Shown here in pieces: positions 29,501 through 40,777 of a stretch of DNA of 64,000 nucleotides; positions within the stretch are counted from its first letter, which is position 1, and every line of letters starts with the position of its first letter. Source of the DNA: Schmidtea polychroa (Eukaryota). Where the stretch lies: NCBI GenBank assembly GCA_044892525.1, contig CM097885.1:121830001-121894000 (forward strand), given 5' to 3'. A program made the translations under genes and the position numbers. The notes under the pieces are model-generated. The model worked only from the letters and a program-made list of their open reading frames with translations. It was not told where the DNA came from and made no database searches.

Positions 29501-32500
29501 ATAGAATATTAAAATAAATTTATTAATTATTTAATAAGCATTTTTCTCTTGGTAATTTTCTAGTTTAGCATCACAAATTATTTAAACCATATTTTCCAAT
29601 TACTCATTAAAAGGTATTTAATAATCAATAAAAATAATGGCTGGTGTGACAAAAGAAACTGTACCAGTTATACAATTGTTGACCGATTTCTAGATTATTG
29701 CGGAAGTTAGAAATATTTCGTTTCTACTACTAGAAATTGATACTAAGGAGCACTGTTTGTAGTGGTTGGACGGCTGCCGCTTGGTCATGAACACGTGTTT
29801 TTGATGGTTGTCATCAACATGCTTCGCTAGTAAATTACACTCAAGGAATCGGTGGATATCGTTGGTGATGCCAGGACTGAAACTTCAGCAAATCCATTCG
29901 AACCAGTTGGTTTTTCTGCTATCCAATTTAGTTCGATCATTTTGCAAATATTTTTTGCAGTGATTTCTAATATTAGGAACACTTCCATCCAATTGGTTTT
30001 CCTATCTATAATTATTAGCAGGCAGGGAGTTTGTTTATTTTTTCGTTTTGTTTGGATTTGATTTGATTCAATTCGATTATTTCTCCGAATTCCAGGCTGT
30101 TTATATCGCTTTCGATTCTGGAAAGAGCCCCTGCTGCTATATTTGATTTTCCCGCTACGTAGTTGAATTGTGAAATGAAATTGATTTGTCTAATTTGTAT
30201 TGGTGAAGGGTTTTTCATTTCGATTGCATTTGTTAGCGGTTTGTGATCCGTGAATATTTTGAAGGTTCGTCTTTCGAGTAAATGTTGAAAGTTTTCGATT
30301 GCTTCATGTATTGCTAGGGGTTCTCTGTCGAAAGTCGAATATCTCGTTTGGTGTAACGTTAGTTTTTTTGAGAAGAATCCTAATGGAAGTTTGCCGAATT
30401 TGTTTTCTTGATAAATGGTTGCGCCCATTGCATAACCTGAATAGTCTGTTGTTGGTTGGTAACCGAGTTGGATAACCGAATAATGTTGCCGTTGAAAGAT
30501 TTTCTTTGGCTTTCTTGAATGTATCGGATGTTTCTTTTGTCAGTTTATTGTGACGTTTCGTTTTGTTTTGATAATGTCATTTAGTGGTGCTAGTAGTTTA
30601 CTAAAGTTTGAGATGTAGGATTGGTAAACTTTTACAATTCCTAAAAGACTCCTCAACTCTCTTGTGTTTGTTGACAGTTTGTAATTTTTTATGTTGTTTA
30701 TTTTATTTTCAATTGGTTGTGTTTCTTTGTCATTTAGTGTGTGACCAAGGAAGTTTATTTCTGTTTTATGAACACTTTCTCCACATCTTTTATGTGTGTT
30801 TCTTTGTCTGGGCTTGTTATTAGGATGTCGTCTTGGTAAGCGATTGTGTTTTTGTTTTTTATTGTTTGGTCCATGAATCGTTGGAAAGTTGGTGCTGCGT
30901 TTCGCAAACCGAAAGGCATTCAATTGTGCTGGAACATTCCGATCGTTGTTGTTATTGCTGTTTTTAACGTCTTGTTTTCTGATTAGGATCTGATGATATG
31001 CTTTCTGCAAATCTATTTTTGAAAAGTATTTTGCGCCGTTTTTCTGGTTATTATGTCTTTTATTATTGGTAACGGGTAGGTGTTTGGCTCTGTTATTTTG
31101 TTCGGTAGTCTGTAATCGCCACAAGGTCTCCATTCACCATTAACTTTTTGTTTTAGCATCAGTGCTAAATACCATTTTGAGTTTACCAATTTGAGTTTAC
31201 CATTTTGTTGAAAAAGTATTTTGTGATTTCTATTTTTTTTGAAAGTAGTGGTCTTACTTTTGCATGTACTAGGTTTCCGTTTGTCAGTATTGCGTGTCCA
31301 GAAGTTTGTTCTGACTTATTGTCGAATTGGACTGGTTCCATTAGTTTGTATCCTTTTAGAATTTTGTTGATTTCTGGTGTAATTTAGTCTAGATTAGTTT
31401 TGTTTTTTATATTAGAGGTTATGACGCCTATGTTAATTTTTGGTTTCTCTCTATTCCTCATGCTGTGTTGTCATGTTGTATTAGTGTTTTCTAATATTTG
31501 TTTGTTTTTGCAGTCCACTAGGAGGTTGTATCTTGTTAGGAAATCTGCTCCTATTATTGCTTGTTGAACGTTATTGTGAATGTCCAGTTGTAGTTATTTA
31601 TATTCAGATTTAGTGTTTGTTGCCTGAATGTTTTAATACTTGTTCTGTTAGCTGTCGTTATTATTTGTATTTTTGTACATGTAGTGGGACAACAATGAGA
31701 TCACCGAACCGGTGTCTATTAAGAATTCTGTGTTATTTTTGTGCACCAAAAATGTGTTGTTTTTGTCACCTAATGTGGGTGCAATCATTTGTGACTTTTT
31801 AATTTTCCTGATCTATCTTGTGATAATCGCAGGGTTTCACGCATTTGTATTCATTGTCTCCGAATTTGTTATGGAAATAACAATGGAAATAACAATGATT
31901 TGTAATTGTTGTATCTGTTTGGATAATTTGACCGGTTTCTGTAGTGATTGCTTAGAGATGTAGTTTTGCCTGTTTTTCCGTCAGATGATTGGTTGTAGTT
32001 TTATTTGTTATGATTGCCTGATGTTTGGTTTGTGTTGTAGTATTGTCTATTGTATACGTCTGTAGTTTGGTTTGAATTGAAATTTTGTCTGTTGTATTTC
32101 TCTTTTATTTCGGCCAGTTCTGTTTTTATTTGTCGGTTTTTGACACTTATTTCATCGAATTTGCTAATTAATGTGTTTATTAGTTTGTTTGATATTTCGT
32201 TTGATTCAGTATTTTTGTTGTTTGTCTGCTTGCTGTAATTTGTTTTGTTTCTGCTGTAGTTTCGAGTACTAGAAATTGTAGGCTAGATTTCCTTGTTTAT
32301 TATGTCTGTTATATCAACAAGTGTTTCGACATTCGCATTACTGTTAGTGGCTAGAATGCGCCTGATTTCGGGTGGCATCGCGCGCATAAAAAATTCTTTC
32401 ATTTGAGCCGGAGTAGGAAATCTGTGGGATTGTAGACCCTAACTGCGTATTGTTAAGGCACGATTCAAGCATTTGCCTTCTGTTGATTTTGTTTTTGTTA

Positions 32501-35500
32501 ATGAAAATATTACACAGTTTTGCGAAAGGGTTATCGTTTTTTTGAGATCTCATCTATTTTGTCGGCGATTTCATTTAGTTTGTTGTTAGGGAGTGCAGCT
32601 ATTATGTTGGAACATAGGGGTTTTGTTGATTTGACTCGGGATAGCGTTAAGGTTAATTTCGCAAATTCTAACCATTGTGGACTATTCCGTCATATCTGTG
32701 CGTCAGCGGAATTTTTTTCAGACATTTCTGAGTGGAAGAATTATGATTTTCTTAAATAAACACGTGTTGTCTTATATATCTTTTAGTTATTGTAAAAAAT
32801 TGGTTAAAATAATTTGGAACGCTAAACTAGGCTAAACTAATTACCTTTATCTTATCAACGATTTAACTCTTCGATACTTTTTTAAAAATATTCGTTCGTT
32901 TATCGAAATGTTCAAATTCTCTAGTTAGTTATATTTTAAGAATTTAATAAATAAATATTGAAACTCAGAAACTCAAAAAATTATATTTTCGAAGTAAAAC
33001 AAACTTATAAAGATGCATATCCATGGGATTTCCCATAATTTAAAAATTATTTTATTCGTCTTCAACATTTTATTTATCAACGGTAATCACTTTTCCTCGA
33101 AAAATACTATTTTTTGAATATTTAATTAGTTTTTAATTTAGACATTTTTGGATAACTCCAACAGTATGAATACTACAACTACTGATTGCATTTGTAAATT
33201 TAATATAATTAACATAATTCTCTTATTTCCAAATGGTTTTTCATTTCTAATATTGTTTGCAAATTGTCTCTTAAAATTTAATTGTTACACAAATGATGAA
33301 AATTTTGCAATTGTTTTTACATCCTTTTATAATAAGAGATATTTTAATCCACAATTTCTATAATAACAATCAAAAGGAAAATACTTAGAACAATTACATT
33401 CAATTTTATTATTTTATTTTCAAGAGATCTCTAATTTCCCAAATTCCATTTAAGACGTTCGCTGCCGAGCGACATTTTCACAAACTGGTGAAATTTATGT
33501 GCAAGATATTGAATCTTAATAATTTTTAATTACTTTATTATTTTTTAGTCAGTTTTTACGGCAATAACTTTTATGACACTACTTTTTTTAATCGTATGTG
33601 ATAATTAAAAAATGTTCTAAGACTTTACTGGTAGCTGGTGCCTAATACACCCATTCCTAGCTTAACAAAAATTCTTTTTACTAAATTTCACTAATGTAAT
33701 TGCAAAATCACATAATAAAATTTCGATTTACGAAAATTTTTTACATACATATTTTACATTTTTGAATTTATTTCGTAAAGCGAGTGATAGATGTAACCAA
33801 CTTCGACATACGAGTTAATTCATAGTCTGTCGTAAATGTGTTGGTCTTTGAAAACGTTTATTATTATACTAATTGATGCGTCAGTGCCCCAAAATATTAC
33901 AAATCCATAGCAAACTTTTTTCTGATATTTATTAGAGATTTTGATAGAATTACAAAATAGGAAAAATAATTGTTGAAGGCGTAAAATGATTGGGGTGAAA
34001 TAATTGTGAATGAATGGGATATTTGCCTGGAATTCGGTAAAATAAGAATGGAAGAGAAATGTTGAAAAATGAGAAGGGAACAGAAGAAAATCAATAAAAC
34101 AGATAATTAAATAAAAGGTCATTCTTAGTTAATAAGTACAAAAGGGAAAACAGAAAGCAAAACAAAGTTGAATTGACTAGTTATCTCGATGGCCTCCTCG
34201 AGATAGAGAGAGAAAAAACCCAGGGGAATCCGAGAAACTAGATTATGAAAAATGAATATATCTCTATTGGTGTCAGAGATTACTGAATGCCAATGGAAAA
34301 AAGCGGAAAATAAAGAAGGAATTATCAATAAGTGACATCAAACGGAAAAGTATAAAAACCGAACACAAAATGACAATAATGAGAAAAAATTGTTATTGAA
34401 AGTGAGAATTGCTAGCGAAAAGAGAGAATTATTGGTAAAGGAGGAAAATTGACACGAGACAGACTGATGATAAAAGAGAGAATTTGTTAAAGAGGAACTA
34501 GTGCATTGAACCAATAAACCAGGGGTAGTTTAGAAACTCAAGTTAAGTCAAAGCAACCAGATCAAGTTACCAATCGTAATAGTCAATAGGTCGTGTTCTT
34601 AAAGGATTGTCATTTTTTGTGCTATTCTTCCCCAAGGATTGTAATAAACATTTAAAACAGTTGAAGTGTATGAAAGTTAGTATCATTAATCAATAAAGTT
34701 TTGCGTGTTGGGATTGCCTTTTTCGTTATTAATAATACGCACGGAGTCAGATAAGTAATTGGCAGTTGACAGTCACCGACCAACTACAATAAACCCAACG
34801 GAATTTAAAATTAGAATTACAAACTTATTATTCATTTCACTCATTATACCAGCTAGGTAAGAAAATAAACAAATTAATATTGTTTTTAAAATCATTTTTC
34901 CTAAAATTTGTAATTCACTTAAATAGTTTTCAATTATACTGTTGATTTAAAAATATTAATTAAGGATATGAATTGTTTAATTAATTTATTAAAAATTACT
35001 AAATCATTGAATTTTAGAGCTTCATAATTTAGGATTAAATCAAATAGCGAACTCTTAAATGCTTTAGAAAATGAAATAACTAAATTGAAAATAGAAAATG
35101 GTAAGGTTAATCATAATTTGAATGTTAACAAATATAATTTAGAAGCAATTTCAAAAAATAATATTATTTTGAAATCCAGTAATACAGATCTCAGGGAAGA
35201 AACAGTAACAACTAACTTTTTTCAAAGTTATATTAACCTTTACACAGGAAAATCAAATACTTGAAATTAATAAATTGATCAATAATTTGACTGAAAGTAA
35301 AATTCAAATGGAAACTTTAAACGACATTATCAAGACTCTTGATGGTGAAAATGGAAATTACAAAGTTTATATAAATAATGGAATTTTAACATTTATTATT
35401 TTAAGGATTCCATCCAAAGATTGATTGAGGAAAAACAAACAATACACAATGAATGCAATGCAATTCAAAAAAACCTAATTGATACTCAAAATAAAAATAA

Positions 35501-38041
35501 GGAACTTGAGGTTGAATTATTCTATAGATTACATATATGTATATATTTAATTTTTGTGTTAGATCTCTATTATGAACTCAAACGCGCAAGAAAATAATAT
35601 TATTGAACAAAAAAATTCACTTATTAAAGATTTAGAAGAAAAGCTAAAAATTTTCCAGTAAAATTATTTATAATATAATATTTTAATACTTATCAGAAAT
35701 GATAATGACGAAATGAAACTCAGAATTGAATGTGTTGAACAAGAAAGGGAAAATTCTAAAACTTTTTTATCCTCATTGTCGGAAGAAAATATTGTATTAT
35801 CGAAAACTGTTGAGGTTTTATTTATCGTTTTATTTATAAGATACTAATATCAATCAAAACAGGAATTTAAAGCTCTATTGTTTTCACAAGATAAGGATTT
35901 ACAAATGGCAATTTCTGAGAAAAATGAATTGGTCAAAATTCAGAAAATTAACGAAGAGAAAATAAAAAATTTTGAAAAAAATACTTTTGAATTTGAGAAT
36001 ATTCTTTCTGAAAATAAATTTAAAATAACTTCTTTAGAAACTTTTGTTGATGATTTATCAAAAGAAAAACATAATATTTTGAAGTCTCGTGAAGATTTAA
36101 GGAAAGAATTAATGTTCACTTTAGAACAATGCAAGAATGAACATGAAATTGTTGAAAAAAAGAAAAACAAAGAAATTGAATATCTTAAAACTTTGGTGAA
36201 TTCCTTGACATTAGATTCACAAAATTTTACTAATAAATCCGTAACTTTTTTAAACTTATATCTGACTTTTTTACTTAAATTTAGAAAAGTAAATTGGGCG
36301 AAATTACATCTAAATTTAATAACCAAAAAGAAGAAATTGAAAAACTTGAAATTGATTTACAAAAAGTTAATGTCGAAAAAGTAAGGAAATTTTATTTTTT
36401 AAAACACTTCTGACTTATTTTAACTCTTTCAAGACTAGAGGGACATTATTTTCAGATCAATTGTCCCTAAAATTTCAGTCTTTAAAGGGTAATCTGTGGA
36501 ATGATATTATTGAACATATTTATGCTATGGTGGAGAATAAGGGTACTAATTTTGAAAATAAATGAATAAATAAATATTTGAATTGTATATTAACAATGAG
36601 ATTAACAGTGATTTATTAAGACAGAAAGAATTAGACTTTAATTTGGCCAAACGATTGTCTAATTTTGTTTTTACACTTGATTCTAAACTCATTTAATAAA
36701 ACTAAATTTTTTTCAACGCTGATTTAAAAAAGCTTTCTAATGTTACATTTCTAAATGAGTGTTTTCAATTTTCTTTTTGAGAACGACAAATCCATTTAAA
36801 GGAATTCAAAGATTCAGGTGTTCTGGTAAGGTTAGATTCTTTTCAACATATTTCACATAATATCCGTTCTCTTATTAACCCGTGTTCAATAAACCTTAAA
36901 ATTGTTTTCATATAATTTATTATTGCTAAAAGTTCAAAAAATCCATAATTCCAAAAAAAAATTTATATTATATTACATTATTTACATCATTACATTATTT
37001 ATTTAATTATTCTCCACCATAGCCCATATTTGTATATAATTAAATTAATATTATTTATGTTCGAAGGATCAAACAAAAAAGCTTTTGGATAGAGCAACTT
37101 TGTCAATAAATGATCTTTCCGAAAAACTTGTCAGTATGGTAAACATAAATTGCACTATATCATTGTGCTAATGTAAATATCATTTAGGAAAATGTAGTTG
37201 AAGAACTTGAAAGTTTGAAAAAGATTTTGAAAGCTGAGACTACTAAGTACGATAATGAAGTTGCGATTATGTCAAAAGAAATTGCTGAAAAAAATTCAAT
37301 TATTTCGAAATTAAGTGTGATTGAAATGGATTATACCAACCTAAAAAGTAAATTACTCTCAAACTCTCCTCCAATGTGCACTCAAATTCCAGAATATATT
37401 CAATTATCAAGTCTTGCAACTCCAAAAAGTCAGAAGCTTTCGACAAAATTAGAAAATTTCAATGAATTAACAAGTTTTTGTTCAAATGTTAGCTTAATAA
37501 AAATACTTTTTTTATTTTCTTGTTACTGATAGGTAACTATTTGTAAACAGACACCCCAGAAAACTCCAAAGGGAATATTGCGTCAACCTGGATCAGCAAG
37601 TAAAAGGCGAAAAGTAATATTCGATGAAAACGATCTAATTCAAACAAAGTTGGATATTTCTGACGAGTCGATCCATTCAGATGGTGTTGATATTGATTTA
37701 GAAAATATTGACTCTGTAAACAAAGAAAGTGCATCTATTATTGATAACTATAAACACAATATTATAATTGCAACTACCCCAAAAAAGCCATCTTCGGTTT
37801 GCAAATTGGTATAATTTACAATTTTATTTATACATTATTTATTTTTTAGAATTTAACCGATTCAAAAAATAATGGAAGAGTATATTTTTTGTAGTTTATT
37901 ATAATTTCTATATTAATTTAGTTAACCAATGTCAGAAAAACACCTTCCAAGGTTGTTTCAAAATTAAATGACAAACGCAAAAAAGATAAAGAAAATTGGT
38001 TTGATTCTGATAACTTTTTTGGATTCGGATTAGAAGCTTAA
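1515..38041 (+). CDS. SYCP1: Synaptonemal complex protein 1, 23 exons, about 1235 aa
   Basis: Hand-spliced GT-AG exons, all phases consistent, total 3708 nt: 1515-2347, 2388-2475, 2518-2583, 19190-19257, 22260-22333, 22377-22505, 22546-22619, 22660-22747, 22793-22887, 29046-29410, 35033-35100, 35143-35204, 35248-35364, 35406-35510, 35563-35657, 35697-35814, 35863-36240, 36285-36380, 37067-37129, 37188-37487, 37533-37808, 37850-37879, 37922-38041. Exons 2-5 give LKVLHMKLKIEAEKIQKWKENLEKQLFLKNQKLKESEKIIESLRTSNLEFQ...ENSRNLCQILK, matching the SYCP1 conserved motif (LYKEAEKIKKWK...QENRKIIEAQRKAIQELQ...ENNATRHLCNLLK). A long coiled coil and a basic TP/SP-rich tail ending WFDSDNFFGFGLEA follow. Confidence 0.9.
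2692..2873. repeat. Foldback/MITE-like element with terminal inverted repeat and two internal hairpins
   Basis: 22-bp perfect TIR AAGACTATAAATCAGTAAATAT / ATATTTACTGATTTATAGTCTT; internal inverted repeats at 2718-2729/2764-2775 and 2788-2802/2825-2839. Confidence 0.8.
3021..3152. other. Assembly gap (N run)
   Basis: Run of N bases inside SYCP1 intron 3. Confidence 0.99.
3153..3775. repeat. Degenerate repeated DNA-transposon end sequences
   Basis: Recurrent AAGTGA(T/C)CAGACGTCCCG...TGTCCCG motif near 3366 and 3716, with a partial copy near 3160-3195; resembles hAT-type MITE termini. Confidence 0.4.
5111..7413 (-). mobile_element. Buster-family hAT transposon B (GTF2IRD2/SPIN-like transposase, frameshifted)
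   Basis: TIR CAGGGATGCACA / TGTGCATCCCTG; perfect 8-bp TSD TTCTAGTT (5103-5110, 7414-7421). ORF pieces RKFNNCW, FSLAVDESTDISSTAQL, FHCIIHQQNLC, YYCEVRWL, FGSTYVCEQTFSVM. Confidence 0.92.
8939..9252. mobile_element. hAT (Buster/Charlie-type) MITE
   Basis: Right TIR TTGAGAACCACTG, degenerate left TIR CAGTGGTGCTCCTCAA; perfect 8-bp TSD CCTTAAGT; near-identical partial copy at 63250-63519. Confidence 0.9.
10100..10317. mobile_element. pogo-type (Tc1/mariner) MITE
   Basis: TIR CCGTATATACTCGCGTATAAGTC / GACTTATACGCGAGTATATAC flanked by TA; one arm nearly identical to the end of the pogo element at 57250. Confidence 0.85.
11160..18121 (-). mobile_element. hAT transposon C (ZMYM1-like transposase), split by element D
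   Basis: Perfect 8-bp TSD GTTACATC (11152-11159, 18122-18129); degenerate TIR; shared subterminal AGTGCCTAGGGCCTACGAA at both ends. ORFs 16479-17186, 12400-13281 and 11373-12458 join into one transposase (DSTPDISHMDQ, SQSYDNASNM, CAAHSLNLVG, SETRW, EGERSFSKLKRIKN) with a frameshift near 12400-12460. Confidence 0.92.
13246..16557 (-). mobile_element. hAT transposon D (ZMYM1-like transposase, frameshifted) nested in C
   Basis: Perfect 8-bp TSD ACTCTAGG (13238-13245, 16558-16565); TIR CAGGGCCGGATTTA with degenerate partner TAAATCCGGAATAG; GGGCCCC subterminal repeats. ORFs 15159-15959 and 13460-15118 carry DSTPDISHKDQ, SQSYDNAMNM, SKTRW, GERSFSKLKLIK. Confidence 0.92.
19670..19879. mobile_element. 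pogo-type MITE (diverged)
   Basis: CCGTATATACCCGCGTATAGG ... TATATGCGAGTATATATGG flanked by TA; same TIR family as 10100-10317. Confidence 0.75.
19896..22001 (+). mobile_element. Chapaev3-like (CMC group) DNA transposon remnant
   Basis: N-terminal FCYICG...DQDKKWDPHVSCGTC and VWR.PTNHITDCYFC; C-terminal SIKLHFLHSHLDFF...SEEHGERFHQDI...RYQGRW; begins with CACTG; several frameshifts. Confidence 0.65.
23063..25545 (+). mobile_element. Decayed hAT transposon (ZMYM1-like)
   Basis: Fragments CRAQCYDNTAVM, VKRESETHWSSR, IASCERSFSKLKLILSYLRASMG; 3' subterminal GGGCGCAAA repeats and TAACTACGCCTTTG end. Confidence 0.8.
23538..23571. repeat. (AAT)n microsatellite
   Basis: Direct AAT run inside the hAT remnant. 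Confidence 0.95.
25704..27205 (+). mobile_element. Internally deleted Buster/Charlie hAT (ZBED8/FAM200-like)
   Basis: TIR CAGTGTCGACAACC / GGTTGCCCGACACTG; perfect 8-bp TSD ATTTAAAC. N-terminal AKKKKPHAEAEEIVLPA and C-terminal LLPFGSSYLCEQGFSAL survive; the catalytic middle is missing. Confidence 0.9.
27623..28560 (+). mobile_element. piggyBac transposon remnant
   Basis: TTAA-CCCTTT left end; transposase fragment RPNCIAEYNKCMGGVDLCDMLM. Right end not found. Confidence 0.75.
29640..32770 (-). mobile_element. Decayed Gypsy LTR retrotransposon internal region (gag, protease, RT, RNase H)
   Basis: RT FSKIDLQKAYHQI; RNase H FFSKKLT...YSTFDREPLAI...KIFTDHKPL...YVAGKSN; protease region AIIGADFL; gag CYFHNKFG..KC. 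Many frameshifts. Confidence 0.85.
33839..34800 (+). mobile_element. Solo LTR related to the UBL/env LTR family
   Basis: Starts TGTTGG, ends AAACCCAACG; 33900-34200 aligns clearly with 46190-46480; carries CACGGAGTCAGA near its 3' end. No clean TSD. Confidence 0.65.
36523..37024. mobile_element. MITE in SYCP1 intron 18
   Basis: 17-bp perfect TIR GCTATGGTGGAGAATAA / TTATTCTCCACCATAGC; 8-bp flanks CATATTTA / CATATTTG (7 of 8 match). Confidence 0.65.
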
Positions 38042-39299
38042 AATATGGCATTATTCCCTGTTAATCGTTTATCAAATTTATTTTTGAATTTTATTAATTG
38101 TGTTGTTAAAATTTTGTTCAGATTTTTAAGTTTAAAAATCGATTTTTTTAATTGTTATCCTGATATTATAATTAATATAAAAATTTTATTGAATTTTTGG
38201 GTTCTATTTTGGGTTTCCCGATATTCGGATTTGGATGAGATTGTCAGCAGTTCCACACTGCCTTTGAAAACTTTTCATTGTATATTTATACTCAAGCTTC
38301 TGACTCATACAAGTCTTTAAGGTAGACCGCCAAACATTATTGTCAAGGTAGTAGATTGTCGGAAAACGATGTAAAATAAAGAAATCTCTATAATAGGTGG
38401 AATATAATTATTATATCTCTATTATATCATTGTATTTTTATATTCATTATTGTATTTTACTAAATTATTGATTACAAATGCAATGATTTGATTAATATTG
38501 ATGAGCTCTGGATGATGGGTGGTGTGAAATTTGATAAGTAGATGTAGTATGTTGTACAATGAGTACAATTGTATCCTTATTTAAAGAATGACTGTAAATA
38601 TGAATGAAACTGACAGCTTCGAATAATTAGAATATATTTAAGGTATTTAGGTACGATAAATTACATAAAATTCTATATACTAATTTGCGGATGACACATT
38701 CTTTTAAAATAATTTCGTATAATCGTTTGCATTTGCAAAATTTCTGGGTTCAATCGGGATTTAGAAAATAACAGTGAAGAGTCTTTGGTTTTCGAATTAG
38801 AAAACTGCGATTTAGTTATGGCCTAAACCGTTTCCGAAAGTGACGAACTATAGCTCAGCGATATTGATAAGTATAAACTAGGCTCTGAATATTCAAATTT
38901 TGCATTAAGACAAGAAATTCCATTCACAGAGCTGTCCATTTTCGTACTGGAAGAAGTAATGGAGTTATAGCATGGTACAATTAGTTTATTGAAAGATATT
39001 AAAGAAGTTTTGAACACATAAATTTATATATAATTTTAAATTTCCGTTTTGGATTAGTCAAGGTAATTAAAAATGGTGCAAAAGTTGTTTAAATTTGATA
39101 TATATTGTTGGTTATTTATTAAAAATTCGGGTACTAGTTTTGGAATCCTCGGTGTCCTTATTCAAATATATCGAAAAATCCAGCACAATAATGTTTATTC
39201 AAAGTACTTCAACTTCAAATTATTAAAACAAATTATATCCACACGATATTCAAATCTAACAATTTTCAATAACAATATTTATGTGCACAGTTTTAAATT

Positions 39300-39690
39300 A
39301 CAATACTATTCTCTCGTGCTGGAATAAGTCTTCTGACAGGAAATCTTCTTTCTGTACTGACTCTGACTCTACGTGCTCTTTATTTAAATTATTAAGATAA
39401 AACACTTAATTAAATGTCAATAAAATTGATACAAAGTTCCCGATTATATTCTTTTTGTTCTGCACTCTTTTATAAAAATTAAAAGCGGGTGACCCTAAGG
39501 GATATACTGCTTTTATCAGATTTGACAATGATTTTTCTCTTTCCAATTTGAATTGACAATTCTAAACCTTTTTGTCTTTAATCACGATATCGTAGTTTGC
39601 TCTCTTCGACCAACTGGCATTTCCCCTACACTATCCGTTACTTTTATAATATTGTTCATCTCGCTTTATCGGATAATTGAATTAGCCATC
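39300..39690 (-). mobile_element. Diverged LTR fragment of the same family
   Basis: Minus strand reads GCACGTAGAGTCAGAG, the motif found in U5 of the other LTRs; similar strand-biased composition. Boundaries uncertain. Confidence 0.4.
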
Positions 39691-39725
39691 ACCCAAAGTT
39701 GTGGAATACTAAATAATTGAACAGG

Positions 39726-40690
39726 TGTTGGGTTCAATAGGAACCGGAACCAAAAGTTTTGGAATTAAATAATAATTAATTAAAAAATAGTATTTAAAAA
39801 TTACCTAAAATAGAAAACAATTACTAAAATTAGAATTAAAATATAAATAGTAATAAACAATTACTAAAAATAGATTTGTAACAAAAATAGTAATTGTTTA
39901 AAAATATATAATAAAAATAGTAATTAAATAATTACTATTAATAGATTAAAATAAATAAAAAGGTATAAATACCAGTCGAAAAGTTGAGCTCAGGTACGGA
40001 AAAATAGGACGCGACAGAAAAGATTGAGAATTAATTGAAAGAAACTGTTATAAATAGATAAAGATTTTCTCGCATTTAGTGGTAGAAAATTTACATTGGA
40101 ATTTATTTCTAATTAATAACTGCAAGTCTGACTTGATATTCAATTATCGATTGGGAAAAAATTAACAAGTATTTTGGGATTTTCGCATCATTTATACAAT
40201 AACTTAACTCCAATACCTATTGGAGTATTAATTAAAGAAAAAAAGGAGGATAGATTTTTAGCAAGCTCAACAACCAATCTGTGGTTTATTTTGCTCTATT
40301 TTTGGAATATTAGATAGTTAGTATTATTATTGTTAACGTCATCACATATTTTTGTAGCTGTTTCGTTTCAAACAAAATTTAAAGTGTTAACCATTTTCTC
40401 CGTTGACACTATCGCGGTTAAAATTTGGTAAACATCCCTATCTCTTTCGTTCACCTATATCGGGCTGTTGGCGCATTTGGGCCAGCCTTGATTCTTAGAT
40501 ATACTCTTTAGGGCGGTTTGTATAACCGTTTTCTGTTCTTTAGGGTGCAGCTAGGTTGTTTTTGTATTATAAACAATTGTGTATAAATTATTTACTTTTA
40601 ATAAATATTTAAATTATATTCGTTATTTATTTACCTAGAGTCAGATAAACGTTTTGTATTAGTTCGACTACATACCCATCGAACCTAACA
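39726..40690 (+). repeat. 5' LTR of element 1 (965 bp)
   Basis: TG...CA ends with 9 of 10 inverted terminal match; directly followed by TTT and the PBS. Confidence 0.85.
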
Positions 40691-40693
40691 TTT

Positions 40694-40711
40694 TGGTGAG
40701 CCCGGCGTGAT
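40694..40711 (+). promoter_or_regulatory. tRNA-Trp primer binding site
   Basis: TGGTGAGCCCGGCGTGAT matches the complement of the canonical eukaryotic tRNA-Trp 3' end (ATCACGTCGGGGTCACCA) at 16 of 18 positions. Confidence 0.8.
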
Positions 40712-40777
40712 AAAATTATCAGCGGTTAGAAATTGAAATAAAACAAAATAGCGTTAGGAACTAGAGCCAGAGTAAAA

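Noticed and set aside
33835-34804. Target-site duplications for the solo LTRs at 33839 and 39700/47542
   Set aside because: Flanking 4-mers do not match cleanly, so the exact ends are not claimed.
38700-39020. Coding-like plus-strand stretch downstream of SYCP1
   Set aside because: Several stops, no recognisable motif, no consistent splice pattern.
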